Part shown: positions 9,847-19,865 of the stretch, in pieces
Position numbering within the stretch: position 1 is the stretch's first letter
Layout: the number at the start of each line of letters is the position of its first letter
Assembly (NCBI GenBank): GCA_002419135.1
Contig: DIFM01000041.1
Location: forward strand, 35,130 to 99,129
Direction of reading: 5' to 3'
From: Dehalococcoidia bacterium UBA5748
Lineage (GTDB): Bacteria; Chloroflexota; Dehalococcoidia; Dehalococcoidales; UBA5627
DNA: 64,000 nt
The notes under the pieces: model-generated
What the model was told of the DNA's origin: nothing
Database searches by the model: none
Seen by the model: the letters and a program-made list of their open reading frames with translations, nothing else
Program-made: the position numbers and the translations under genes

Positions 9847-12800
9847 TTATCCCAGTATTTCTCGAATCTTATTCTCCAGTGTTTTATGATCGAAGGGTTT
9901 GCTTATGAAGTGTAGTTTGTATTTTTGAAGAAAATTCTTTACTTCTATGTTTGCAGAATCGCCTGTGGTCATGAGGATATTTTTTGATAGATACGGTTTG
10001 TCATTTACTATTTTTTCGAATAATTCCTGTCCACTCATGTCCGGCATACGTATGTCTATAATAATAATGTCATAGTTCCTATCGTTGATTTTTTGCAATG
10101 CATCATAGGGGTTGGAAATAGTATCTACGTAATATTCCGATGAATTCAATGTAGATTTAACGAATTGTCTGATGGACATTTCGTCGTCGATAACAAGAAT
10201 ATTTATCCTTTTGGAACTAATTTGATTCTCTTTCGGTAGAGCTGGCTCAGTGTACTCATAAAGATTAGAATCATTTATGACAGGCAGTTCTATTCTAAAG
10301 GTAGCACCCTCATTTAATTCGCTTTCAGCAGAAATGATTCCGCTGTGTTCGGTAATTATTGAACGTGAAAGGCTTAAACCCAAACCGGTTCCCTCTCCCA
10401 CAGGTTTGGTTGTAAAAAATGGCTGGAACAGTCGTTTCATGTTTTCTTCTGAAATACCCAGTCCGTTATCCCGGAATGATATGATTATTTTGTCATTTAT
10501 CTTTTTAGTTGTGATTTTTAATTCACCCAGCCTGTCCCTCTTTTTCATAGAATATTCCGCATTAACAATCAAATTTAAAAATACCTGTTGAATTTGCCCC
10601 GGGTCGATTGTTATTAAGGGCAGGGTCTCATCGTACTCCGTAATAACATTTATGTTATTGGTTTTAAGTACGTAAATTCGCATATTAAGTGTATTGGCTA
10701 TCAGATCATTGATATTAACCATCGCTCTGACCGGTTTATGCTGTCTGGCAAAAGTAAGCAGTCTTTTAACTATATCAGCCACTCTTCTGCTGCCGTCTGC
10801 GATGATTTCTACCTGTTCCCGCATATCCTGCGGGAGTTCTCTTTCCATAAGCATATCGGAAAAACCGATAACCCCGGTTAGCGGGTTATTGATTTCGTGT
10901 GCAATACCGGCCGCCATTTCTCCCACGGAAGCAAGGCGGCTTGATATCTCTGCTTTTTCCTGGAGCAGGCGTTTTTCTTCTTCAGCCTTTTTCACCTGTG
11001 TAATATCTCTCATTATGTGAACCGAGCCTGTTATTTCATCGCTCGAATTTTTAATAGGGGATACGGTTATTTCAAAATACTTGTCCAGTAGTTCGTGATG
11101 AATTTCAATCGTTGCTTCCCTGTCAGTATCCAACATCTTTAAATGAGGGCAGTTTGGTATAGGGTTGTCACTTTGATGCACTATTTTATAGCAGGGATTA
11201 TCCATTACCTCGTTAAGACTGATACTGAAAAGGTCTGCATATGCTTTATTAAAACGAATTATTTTAAAATCCTTGCTTTGAAGAGTAACCGGCATAGGGA
11301 TTGAATCGAACGTTATCTGCCATTCCTCAGCTGCCTGTCTTAACCTTTCTTCACTTCGTTTACGTTTTGCAATATCATCTGCTATCAGCAGCCAACTTCT
11401 GAGCGATATGGCAACAACAGGCGCCAGTCCTTGTATAAGAAACAAATCGTCTGATGAATATCGCTGTTTTGTGGCTTTGGGCGATAAACAAATATACCCG
11501 ATTTCTTTACCATCTGCTACAAGAGGAATTAAAAATTCGACATTTGGGTTAACTAAAATAGCAGAATTGGGGAAGATAATACGGGTATTGTGATTCGAAA
11601 GCAAAGCTTTTAAATCGTGCTGTCGTTCCTCTTCGTTAAAGCTGCCGGTGGCTGCAATAAGAGTACACTCTTCCTGTTCGGATGTAGTGAACAAGCAGGC
11701 TCCGTCAAGGTTGAATCTTTCAGTCAATATATTCACAATAAGTGTAGACCCGGTATTAATGTCGGTTATGGAATTAAGTGATGAACTCAGTTCGCGAAGG
11801 GTTTTTTGGTAGTCGTATTTATCTTTATAAAAGAATTTATCTACTATGACAGTGATTCCGTTTTTAACCGGACCGAAAAGCATGCTTGCAACGAGTCCCA
11901 TTAGCAATGCAATTAAAACTGCCTGCAATATTGTCAATGATTTTACATAAAAGAGAATCAGTATTATAAAAAGTGAAAAAATTGAGGCAATTATGATAGA
12001 AATTATCAGGTATATCACGCTGCGTCTGACGAATATATTTATATCCAGGAGTTTTTGTGTCATAATGGCGTAACCCATACCGATGGGTATGAAGGCAATG
12101 AAAATAACAGTAAAGCTGGCAGATATGAGGATATCACCGGTAATCATTGACGGTAAAATACTGAGTAGTAGAAAAGGAGCTACGGCAGCAATACAAAAAT
12201 ATAATAATAACTTCATCTGTTGCCGTGTTCTGGGGGAAACGGCGCTGACATAATTGTAGATGGCTACACCAATCACTGCCAGAAATGCAACTGCTAATTC
12301 TATAGACCTGATAGAACGGAATCCCATCGTTGGTTCTCCGTTCGCATAACCAATGATGGGGTATATAAGTAATGTTATTACTGCCGGTAAGTAAATCAGA
12401 AATATGTACGGATTATGCCTTAACGAGCTTCTTTCTTCCGGTAGTATTAAGAAGAAATGAAGTAAAAACCAGGGTCCCAAAGTAGTGGCAATCACAGCAA
12501 GGTGTACAGCACCGGGAATTCTTACGATCCCAGCCACGTTACCAATTATTGCCAATCCAAAGGCTAATGAACACAATAATAAAAGAATCGCAATTGCGCT
12601 TCTCGGTTTGTAAAAAAACACATAATATGCAGTCAGCCAGAAGATAACACATACGATTAAATATGGAATTAATTCAGTTATATATTGCAGCGGGGGAGTG
12701 CTATTTTTAACAGTAACAGAAATTGTTTGGCCTGTGGTACTTACCACAGACAAATCTGTTAAAGTGACACCCAGGCACTGCTTTTGCTTTTCGTACGGTT

Positions 12801-13095
12801 GTAAAAAATCGTTTGCCGGTTGGCCGTTGATTATGATAGGAATGTCACCTGTTTCTATACCAGCCTGAGCTCCTAAGCCGGCTGAATCCAAGCTTTGAAC
12901 AACCCATCCGTCTTCAGTTAATTGTAACAATACCCCGATATATGTTTTATTCAAGCTGGAGAAGAATAAAATTAATGAAAAGGCTATAACTAACAAACTG
13001 AAAAGTAGGATAGCAAATTCCCGCTTATGACAAATTATATTTGGTAACGTAGATTTTCCTGAAGTTTCATTAGCAATGGGCGGTCGGGAACTCAT
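9847..13095 (-). CDS. Hybrid sensor histidine kinase (PDZ-like, multi-TM, GAF-like, PAS, HisKA, HATPase_c, C-terminal receiver)
   Basis: 1082 aa. After an N-terminal TM segment comes a PDZ-like segment (LDSAGLGAQAGIETGDIPIIINGQ), about 10 hydrophobic helices and a PAS region. These are followed by the H-box EMAAGIAHEINNPLTG, the ATPase motifs NLIVNAEYSM / DNGLGI / GTGLGL, and a C-terminal REC (ILVIDDE...IIIIDIRMPDMSG...ISKPF). Confidence 0.85.
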   Translation of the reverse strand: MSSRPPIANETSGKSTLPNIICHKREFAILLFSLLVIAFSLILFFSSLNKTYIGVLLQLTEDGWVVQSLDSAGLGAQAGIETGDIPIIINGQPANDFLQPYEKQKQCLGVTLTDLSVVSTTGQTISVTVKNSTPPLQYITELIPYLIVCVIFWLTAYYVFFYKPRSAIAILLLLCSLAFGLAIIGNVAGIVRIPGAVHLAVIATTLGPWFLLHFFLILPEERSSLRHNPYIFLIYLPAVITLLIYPIIGYANGEPTMGFRSIRSIELAVAFLAVIGVAIYNYVSAVSPRTRQQMKLLLYFCIAAVAPFLLLSILPSMITGDILISASFTVIFIAFIPIGMGYAIMTQKLLDINIFVRRSVIYLIISIIIASIFSLFIILILFYVKSLTILQAVLIALLMGLVASMLFGPVKNGITVIVDKFFYKDKYDYQKTLRELSSSLNSITDINTGSTLIVNILTERFNLDGACLFTTSEQEECTLIAATGSFNEEERQHDLKALLSNHNTRIIFPNSAILVNPNVEFLIPLVADGKEIGYICLSPKATKQRYSSDDLFLIQGLAPVVAISLRSWLLIADDIAKRKRSEERLRQAAEEWQITFDSIPMPVTLQSKDFKIIRFNKAYADLFSISLNEVMDNPCYKIVHQSDNPIPNCPHLKMLDTDREATIEIHHELLDKYFEITVSPIKNSSDEITGSVHIMRDITQVKKAEEEKRLLQEKAEISSRLASVGEMAAGIAHEINNPLTGVIGFSDMLMERELPQDMREQVEIIADGSRRVADIVKRLLTFARQHKPVRAMVNINDLIANTLNMRIYVLKTNNINVITEYDETLPLITIDPGQIQQVFLNLIVNAEYSMKKRDRLGELKITTKKINDKIIISFRDNGLGISEENMKRLFQPFFTTKPVGEGTGLGLSLSRSIITEHSGIISAESELNEGATFRIELPVINDSNLYEYTEPALPKENQISSKRINILVIDDEMSIRQFVKSTLNSSEYYVDTISNPYDALQKINDRNYDIIIIDIRMPDMSGQELFEKIVNDKPYLSKNILMTTGDSANIEVKNFLQKYKLHFISKPFDHKTLENKIREILG

Positions 13096-14039
13096 TGTAG
13101 GAATACTCTCAATTTGTCCGGATTAGCTCCGTAACTTTCAGCTTTTTCGGCTGCTTCTGTGGCTAATAATCTGTATGACTCATTTATAATTGCAGAGTAA
13201 TGCAGGGCGCCTGTGTTGGAAAGAATATCAGAAATATTTTCTACTGAAAGTTCGTTGCCGGATTGGTTCCGATAGTATTGCTCTAATTTTTTATGAATAG
13301 CTTTTTCTGTTTGTGATAGAGCGAATACTAAAGGGAAGGTTATTTTTTTATTTATAATATCCTTTTTGTTGATAATACCCGCAATATCATTGGTTATCTG
13401 TAACATCATCCCAATGTTATAACCGAACTGTTTGAATAAATCAAGTAATTCATTATTATCGGTGGCTAGCAAAGCACCGGTATAGCAGGCGCATTCTATT
13501 TGTGATGCTGATTTCAAACTCAGAATATCCAGATAGTCTTTTTCTGAAATATCTAATTTATTACAATGCGATAAATCCAGGTGTTGACCTGTACAGGCTT
13601 TAAGATAGTAGGAATTAATGATATCCAGAATACGGACTATTTCGGAATCGTTTATTTTATTTTCTTTAAGCCGAACTATAGCTTTTTCGCCCAGTACCAG
13701 CAGGGTAGTAGCAACATTGTTTGTTATTGCTGTACCATATTTGGAAGATAACGAAAGTGGCGTATCACTATCTTCAACATCGTCGAAAACATCGCCGGCA
13801 GCCATAAAAAATTGAAGTGCCGCACAAAGAGGTAATGCCTTCTCACAATTACCTCCAATAGAATCACAAATAATCAACGGTAATAAAACCCAAGGGGTTT
13901 CAGGCTCAGCCACAGGAGCCAAGCCGCGCCTACGTACTGATAATGGCTCTCTGATAAGACCCTGAAAATCTACAGGTAAATTGGAGATGAAAAACTCCAG
14001 CTCCTCTTGTATAAGGTTAGTATACTTGATTTGCCACAT
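13092..14039 (-). CDS. Polyprenyl synthase-family protein with a degenerate second Asp-rich motif
   Basis: 315 aa. The first Asp-rich motif is present (AGDVFDDVEDSD). At the position of the second DDxxD the sequence reads QITNDIAGI. The stop overlaps the kinase start by 4 nt (13092-13095). Confidence 0.6.
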   Translation of the reverse strand: MWQIKYTNLIQEELEFFISNLPVDFQGLIREPLSVRRRGLAPVAEPETPWVLLPLIICDSIGGNCEKALPLCAALQFFMAAGDVFDDVEDSDTPLSLSSKYGTAITNNVATTLLVLGEKAIVRLKENKINDSEIVRILDIINSYYLKACTGQHLDLSHCNKLDISEKDYLDILSLKSASQIECACYTGALLATDNNELLDLFKQFGYNIGMMLQITNDIAGIINKKDIINKKITFPLVFALSQTEKAIHKKLEQYYRNQSGNELSVENISDILSNTGALHYSAIINESYRLLATEAAEKAESYGANPDKLRVFLQ

Positions 14040-14077
14040 TAAATGGTTCTAAAAAATATTTTGTTACTGTAAGCTTA

Positions 14078-14296
14078 CTAGAGCCAATAAAGTATTGCTT
14101 CAATGCCAACAGCTAATGCCGGGGAATCGGAGGTGGCAAGTCCGTATCTGCTGCTGGTATTTATAACGGCCGCTCTTTCGTTTTCGGTTAAATTATAGCG
14201 GCTCATTACGCTGTCTGGATTTGCCATAAACTGTTCCTTGATAGTCTCGTCGATGAAGATGCTTTTTACCATTTCCTGCAATGACTGTGATTTCAT
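14078..14296 (-). CDS. Small protein (72 aa) with a LigA/NHLP-leader-like helical motif
   Basis: The track ORF starts at a TTG (14302). The ATG at 14296 is better placed, about 7 nt after a GGAGG. The motif EQFMANPDSVMSRYNLTENERAAV resembles F-x-x-(D/N)P-x-x-V/L-x-x-Y-x-L-T-x-x-E-x-x-A, as found in LigA-subunit-like and NHLP-type leader domains. Confidence 0.5.
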   Translation of the reverse strand: MKSQSLQEMVKSIFIDETIKEQFMANPDSVMSRYNLTENERAAVINTSSRYGLATSDSPALAVGIEAILYWL

Positions 14297-14491
14297 GGTC
14301 AACCTCCTCAGTGGTCTTGTGAGCTGATACTCATAAAATATTATGAATAGAGTATAGTATGAAAAAATGATGAGGTCAATAAAAAATGGCCTTTTTTTCG
14401 GTGAAATATATAGTAAATAAGTACTATACCATCAATTTTACGATTAGACGAAGGCAACAAATTATAATACTATACTATCGAAGTCATACGA

Positions 14492-14878
14492 CTATTTATT
14501 ATCAAGCAGTTTGTTAATTGTGTCTAAAAGCCCATCAATTTCAAAAGGCTTGGTTATATATTCATTTGCCCCCATGACGTCAAGGCTTAATTTCTTGTTT
14601 AAGTCATGGTCGACAGCTGTCACCATTATGACAGGTATATTGGAGGTAAGCGGATTGCTTTTGACTATATGACAGGCAACATCACCGTTCATTTTGGGCA
14701 TCATAATATCCATTAATATGATATCAGGTCGTTGCTTCTGGGTTAAATCAACAGCCATTTTCCCATCGCTGGCTTCGATGACCTCATAACGACTCCGGAG
14801 TATTCTTTTTAGTAAAGACCTTACATGTTCTTCGTCGTCTACAACTAAAACTGTTTTTTTACCTGTTTTATTTTCCAT
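14492..14878 (-). CDS. Stand-alone CheY-like response regulator receiver
   Basis: Motifs VLVVDDEE, the phospho-acceptor in IILMDIMMPKMNG, VIMVTA and YITKPF. The likely start is the internal Met (MENKTGKK) rather than the track start at 14902. Confidence 0.85.
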   Translation of the reverse strand: MENKTGKKTVLVVDDEEHVRSLLKRILRSRYEVIEASDGKMAVDLTQKQRPDIILMDIMMPKMNGDVACHIVKSNPLTSNIPVIMVTAVDHDLNKKLSLDVMGANEYITKPFEIDGLLDTINKLLDNK

Positions 14879-15053
14879 AATTACCGTCTGAATTATTACC
14901 ACGGTAATTATATATCCATTTAGTGATAAATTACTATAGTTTTTGGGGATTTTATCATAAATATTATTGAAAATTTAATCATTTATTCGGAAACAATGAT
15001 AACTTACATATTGAATGAAATAGGGTAGAACTTAAGTAATACAATGCACGGTA

Positions 15054-15815
15054 TTAAAGGTTGAATAGCCGGACGGCATTTTCAAGTGTTATTTTTGCTG
15101 CGGTCACCCTGTCTATGTTTTTAATTTCCGATATTGCATAGAGCGTTCTTACTACATCTGCCGGCCTTGAATCGTATTCAAATTCAGTTCCGCGGCGGTA
15201 GGTAACAGGAGAGTCAGTTTCCAATATTAACCTTTCAAGTGGAACTGCTTTAATTGCCGCTCGGTGTTCTTCGTGGTATTCGGCAGCCGGACTGGCGGAG
15301 ATATAGTATCCGCTTTCTATAATCTGGTTCAGAATACTTAGGGGTCCTGTATACCAGTGAAAAACAGCCTTTTCAACTTCAACTTCCTGCGTGATATTAA
15401 AGCAATCCTTCCACGAATATCTGGAATGGATTAAAGCGGGCTTATTATTAGCCTTAGCAGTTGCCAAAAGTTCCCTGAAAACACTTTGCTGGTCTTCCCT
15501 CGAGGCTCTTTCTTTTACTCCTTTACTGTAATCCAAACCGATTTCACCCATGCCTATCGCCCGGTGAATATTCTCTCCGATGTAATTCATATTGTCCTGA
15601 AAATCTTCATCGGCGATATTCCAGGGGAATAAACCAAGAGCAGGGTAAAGATAATCGGGGTATATTTCGGCAAGAGCCATTATTCTCTGATTGGACAGAA
15701 AAGATGTACCTACGGCGATAACAGCCATAACATGATTTTTTCTTGCTTCTGCAATGACGGAATCGGTATTCTCTATCTCATCGATATGTGAATGAGAGTC
15801 TATCAATTCATACAT
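15054..15815 (-). CDS. TatD-family metal-dependent hydrolase
   Basis: 253 aa with N-terminal IDSHSHID, plus GEIGLDY, ALIHSR and ETDSP motifs. Confidence 0.85.
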   Translation of the reverse strand: MYELIDSHSHIDEIENTDSVIAEARKNHVMAVIAVGTSFLSNQRIMALAEIYPDYLYPALGLFPWNIADEDFQDNMNYIGENIHRAIGMGEIGLDYSKGVKERASREDQQSVFRELLATAKANNKPALIHSRYSWKDCFNITQEVEVEKAVFHWYTGPLSILNQIIESGYYISASPAAEYHEEHRAAIKAVPLERLILETDSPVTYRRGTEFEYDSRPADVVRTLYAISEIKNIDRVTAAKITLENAVRLFNL

Positions 15816-16637
15816 TTATTTTTTTACTTCCCATGACGTCAAAGCCCATTCGGTAGAAGAATTGCGGTAAAATCCATTGTTCTTTTCTAGCAGCAGGGAT
15901 TTAATAAAGGTCTTATATATAGTCAAATCCGAATCATCAGGCAAGAAATTTCTTGAAAAGTACTTGACTGCGTCATCTAAATCTTGAAAATACATCTCGG
16001 ATTGCGATTCAAAGATTTCGATATCTGCCTTTATTCCCATTTGATAGAGGCAGTTATATATAACCGGATATTCGGGGTAGGGTGTGTACTCTTTATTAAG
16101 CAAACGACAGGATTCCGCTTCAACAGGGTCGAAACTATCGGCTCTCCATGTTACATAACAATTGCCTTTAGCTACTGTATTCATGTTCTCCAATGAAGCC
16201 TGTAATCTGTTACCCATTGGTAAAAAGCGCGAAGCCAGTACTACATCGTGCGGCTCGATTTCGGCTTTAACATCAATCTCATACCAGTTCTTATTTATAA
16301 TATCGATGTTGGATATTCCCAAGGATTCTGTTTTATTTTTTAACAAATTAAGCATGCCGTTTGAGATATCCAATACGGTAACACGGCTCGCTTTTTTCGC
16401 AATGGGTATTGCCATAAGTCCGCTGCCTCCCCCCACATCCAGAACGGAATAGTCGGGAGAAAGTGACATTCGTGCTAAAAGTTCATTCGTATAAGTGCTT
16501 TTGCCGACATTTTTTTCGTAGGTCTTCGACCTCTTATCCCAAAATGCGGCGGCTTCTTCTCCGGTGTCTAATGTGTGCCCGGCTTGCATTTTCCACATGT
16601 TTTCCCAATTTATATCTTTAGTGTATTTATAACCCAT
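15816..16637 (-). CDS. Class I SAM-dependent methyltransferase
   Basis: 273 aa with SAM motif I VLDVGGGSGLMAIPIA. There is a 0-nt gap to the TatD gene. Confidence 0.75.
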   Translation of the reverse strand: MGYKYTKDINWENMWKMQAGHTLDTGEEAAAFWDKRSKTYEKNVGKSTYTNELLARMSLSPDYSVLDVGGGSGLMAIPIAKKASRVTVLDISNGMLNLLKNKTESLGISNIDIINKNWYEIDVKAEIEPHDVVLASRFLPMGNRLQASLENMNTVAKGNCYVTWRADSFDPVEAESCRLLNKEYTPYPEYPVIYNCLYQMGIKADIEIFESQSEMYFQDLDDAVKYFSRNFLPDDSDLTIYKTFIKSLLLEKNNGFYRNSSTEWALTSWEVKK

Positions 16638-16654
16638 TTATTAAGATATCCCTT

Positions 16655-17277
16655 TCATTTTGACATTTCTATCCACATGCCTTCGCAATCAAAGATAACG
16701 CTTCCTTTTAGCCCGGCGGCGGCGATGGCGTTAACAAAATAAGCTGTATTTTGCCCTTTATCCCTAATTAAAGGCTCTTCACGCCATCTGCTGCGTACCT
16801 TTTTAAAGAGAGGGTCTGCCTTAATCGCCTGTTGTATTCTGATGCTTATTTCGCTGCTGCCCAAGCCCCCCCGCAAAAAATTTTCCCACCCGGTTTTAAT
16901 ACCCGATACCTTTCTTTTATAGCGCCGGGCAGGTCTTGCCAGGAAAAAACAGAGCCTCTGCTGACGATTAAATCAAAACTATTATCAACAAATGGAATAT
17001 AATAGACATCGGTTTCAATTACCGTCTTTCTGTGGGCGAGTCCTTCAAACAGAATGTTTTTAACCGTAATATCAATTGATGCCGAATCATCATCAATTGA
17101 AACAATACTAAGATCGGTTATTTTTGCCAGAGATATCCCAAGTAAACCCGCTCCTGAACCGACATCAAGGCAATAACCTGTTTTAATCCCGTACTTATCG
17201 GTAATATAATGAGCAAGGTATGGATAAACCTCTGAAAAAAGGAGGCTTAATCTTTCTATATCGGCATGTTTGTTCAT
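16655..17277 (-). pseudogene. Class I SAM-dependent methyltransferase split by a frameshift in a G7 (plus-strand C7) run
   Basis: ORFs 16846-17277 (CLDVGSGAGLLGISLA ... LKPGGKIFCGG) and 16655-16876 (..GGLGSSEISIRIQQAIKADPLF...) read as one protein if the homopolymer at 16866-16872 were G8 or G5. Confidence 0.7.
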
Positions 17278-17375
17278 AAAATAAATCTTTTAAATATTTT
17301 TGTCGCTAAAATAACCGGTGCGAGCTGTTACAGGTAGATATAAACAAACCCCATTCAAAATTTAAATTCCTGATA

Positions 17376-17951
17376 TTAATTCTTAACCCTGTAATAAGCT
17401 CCGTAAAGGCATGCCTTACAATAGGGTACCCCATCTTTATAGACAGCCCTGCCATCCATAACCCTTTCATTACAGACAGAACAAACCGCCCTTTCTTTGG
17501 CGCTGCCCGGCAAGTCATTTTCAGGTATATCCACTTCAACCCTTTCTAAAAGCAGCATTTCTTCGTCCGGCGTTTCGGAAACCAGTTTAAGAACCTCATC
17601 GACAGAAAGTTCCTTGGGGAAATCCTTGGTAGTTGTTACACGATATGCCTCTCCCGTGGATAAACGCACAAATGTGGCTGCAAATTTACCGTAATCCACA
17701 TATTTTAACGACCTTTTACCAAGCCCGCAGCCGCTTACTCCCTGTACGGCATCGGTCATACACCTGTCAGTTTCTACATACACAATTAAATCCTTATGTT
17801 TTTTTACGTATGGGTCGAAACCGAGAACGCGCATTGCCGCTAAGGCGGATTTGGTGCCCATTGCAATTCCGACACATACATGCCCGTGGAATTCCTCAAT
17901 TTTTTTTACAAAATAGTAAAAATCCTCGATTTCTTTGGCGCTTACTGTCAT
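17376..17951 (-). CDS. FmdE-family protein with a C-terminal zinc ribbon
   Basis: 191 aa with the FHGHVCVGIAMG signature of the FmdE domain and a C-terminal CSVCNE...CKAC. Confidence 0.8.
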   Translation of the reverse strand: MTVSAKEIEDFYYFVKKIEEFHGHVCVGIAMGTKSALAAMRVLGFDPYVKKHKDLIVYVETDRCMTDAVQGVSGCGLGKRSLKYVDYGKFAATFVRLSTGEAYRVTTTKDFPKELSVDEVLKLVSETPDEEMLLLERVEVDIPENDLPGSAKERAVCSVCNERVMDGRAVYKDGVPYCKACLYGAYYRVKN

Positions 17952-17988
17952 TAATTAAATCCCCTTTCATTATTAATAATTGATATAT

Positions 17989-18774
17989 CTAATCGATTGG
18001 AACGCAAATCCTGCGGTTTATACCCGAATCCAATTGTAATACTTTTACTTTGATTCCGTAAATATTATACAGGTTTTCCTCGGTTAGCACTTCATCCGGT
18101 GTGCCGAAAGCCAAAAACTTTCCGTTATTCATAATAGCTACTTTATTCGCTACCAAAAAGACATGGTCGGGAAAATGGGAAGTCATAATCGACGGCAAAC
18201 CGTTTTTGGTTATTTCCTTAAGTATACTTAAAAAGCGGTTTTGATTGCCAAAATCCAGGTGTGAAGTAGGCTCATCCAGTAGTAATATGGAAGTTTTTTG
18301 AGCCAGCACGCGAGCAAACATCACCATTTGTCTCTCCCCGCCGCTGATGTTGGTATACGGCCTTTCCCTCAAGTGGTAAATATTCAGTTGTTTTAATGCT
18401 TCGCGGCATATTTCAATATCGTCTTCTGATGGAGTGGACATCAACCCGATATAGGCGGTTCTTCCCATAAGTACGGCATCCAGAACCGTATAAGGAAAGG
18501 TCGGGGCGTGTAATTGCGGTATGTAGCCTATATTTTTGGCGATATCATGGCGTTTCATATGCCCGATATTATGATTATCAATTACTATTGTTCCATCTGT
18601 GATGGTGAGCAAATTGGCAATGCATTTCAATAATGTTGTTTTTCCGCAGCCGTTTGGCCCTAATATACATAGATTATCCCCGTCTGAAAGGCTGAAGCTG
18701 ATTTCGTTGAATACGTCGTCTTTGCTGCCGAAATACTTGAAAGCAGCATTATTAACTTCCAGTTTTATACCCAT
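17989..18774 (-). CDS. ABC transporter ATP-binding protein (FepC/BtuD-like)
   Basis: Walker A GPNGCGKTT, signature ISGGERQ, Walker B ILLLDEPTSHLD. Confidence 0.9.
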   Translation of the reverse strand: MGIKLEVNNAAFKYFGSKDDVFNEISFSLSDGDNLCILGPNGCGKTTLLKCIANLLTITDGTIVIDNHNIGHMKRHDIAKNIGYIPQLHAPTFPYTVLDAVLMGRTAYIGLMSTPSEDDIEICREALKQLNIYHLRERPYTNISGGERQMVMFARVLAQKTSILLLDEPTSHLDFGNQNRFLSILKEITKNGLPSIMTSHFPDHVFLVANKVAIMNNGKFLAFGTPDEVLTEENLYNIYGIKVKVLQLDSGINRRICVPID

Positions 18775-19829
18775 CCCTGTTTCCCCTTTCTTATTAAATA
18801 GAGGAAGAACGGAACTCCTACTATAGCGGTCAGTATGCCGATTGGAATCTCCACGGAGAGGGCGGTACGGCAGATGTTATCGATAATTAACATATATATT
18901 CCGCCGAGAAGCGCCGAAACCGGCAGCAGTTTTTTATTGCAGGGCCCGACCAGCATCCTGCCGATATGCGGCATAACCAGTCCTACCCAGCCTATCATTC
19001 CACTGATAGAAACAGCGGCTGCGGTTATCAAGCTGGCGCATACTATTATAATTGCTCTCAACTGGGTAGTATTTACCCCCAGCGCCTTAGCCTCTTCTTC
19101 TCCCATAGAAAGTACATTAATACGCCATCGGATCAGCATCAGTATTGTAATACCGACAATAATAATGATTGCTACCGGAATCAGGTCTTTCATATATATT
19201 GAATTAAGGCTGCCCATTAACCAGAATACAATTTCAGGCAGTTCATCCTCAGGGTCTGCCATATATTGCATCAAAGAGGTCAGCGCTGAAAACAGGGCTC
19301 CGATTGCCATGCCTGCCAGTACCAGTGTAAGAGTCGGATTGCCACGGACGCGGTTGCTTATCAACCACGAAGTGCCAACAGCTAAAAGGGCCACTCCGAA
19401 AGCGCTGATTTGAATAACCGCCGGATTGCCGGAAATTACGATTGCCAGGGCAGCGCCGAAACCCGCTCCGGAAGTAACACCCAGTATTTGTGGGGAAACC
19501 AGCGGATTGCGAAATAAACCTTGAAAGGATGCTCCGGCAGTCGCCAGTGCTGCGCCAATCAGTATTGCTGCCAGTATACGCGGAAGCCTGATATCAAAGA
19601 TTACCGTTTCCATAATATCCGGCCATGTCGGGGTAATCGGGAATATTTTAGAGAGGAAAATCTGGACTACCTGGGCTGGGGAAATACCGTATCTCCCCAG
19701 CCAAAAGGATATTATGAACAGTAATATCAGAGATATGAATAGGATAAGGGTTATAGTCGGTGTCTTCTTCCAGAAAGAAACCGGCTTTTTAAAATTTTTC
19801 GTACATTTTGTTTCTATTTGAGTAGTCAT
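18765..19829 (-). CDS. FecCD-family ABC permease (iron-chelate/cobalamin type)
   Basis: 354 aa, about 9-10 TM helices, with the FecCD-like conserved stretch RLPRILAAILIGAALATAGASFQGLFRNPLVSP. Overlaps the ATPase gene by 10 nt. Confidence 0.85.
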   Translation of the reverse strand: MTTQIETKCTKNFKKPVSFWKKTPTITLILFISLILLFIISFWLGRYGISPAQVVQIFLSKIFPITPTWPDIMETVIFDIRLPRILAAILIGAALATAGASFQGLFRNPLVSPQILGVTSGAGFGAALAIVISGNPAVIQISAFGVALLAVGTSWLISNRVRGNPTLTLVLAGMAIGALFSALTSLMQYMADPEDELPEIVFWLMGSLNSIYMKDLIPVAIIIIVGITILMLIRWRINVLSMGEEEAKALGVNTTQLRAIIIVCASLITAAAVSISGMIGWVGLVMPHIGRMLVGPCNKKLLPVSALLGGIYMLIIDNICRTALSVEIPIGILTAIVGVPFFLYLIRKGKQGWV

Positions 19830-19865
19830 TTATCTGTCTTTAATTATTTATTAACGCTATCGATA

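Noticed and set aside
17306-17539. A 77-aa ORF overlapping the 3' end of the FmdE gene.
   Set aside because: It is out of frame and overlaps a well-supported gene, has no RBS, and has low-complexity composition.
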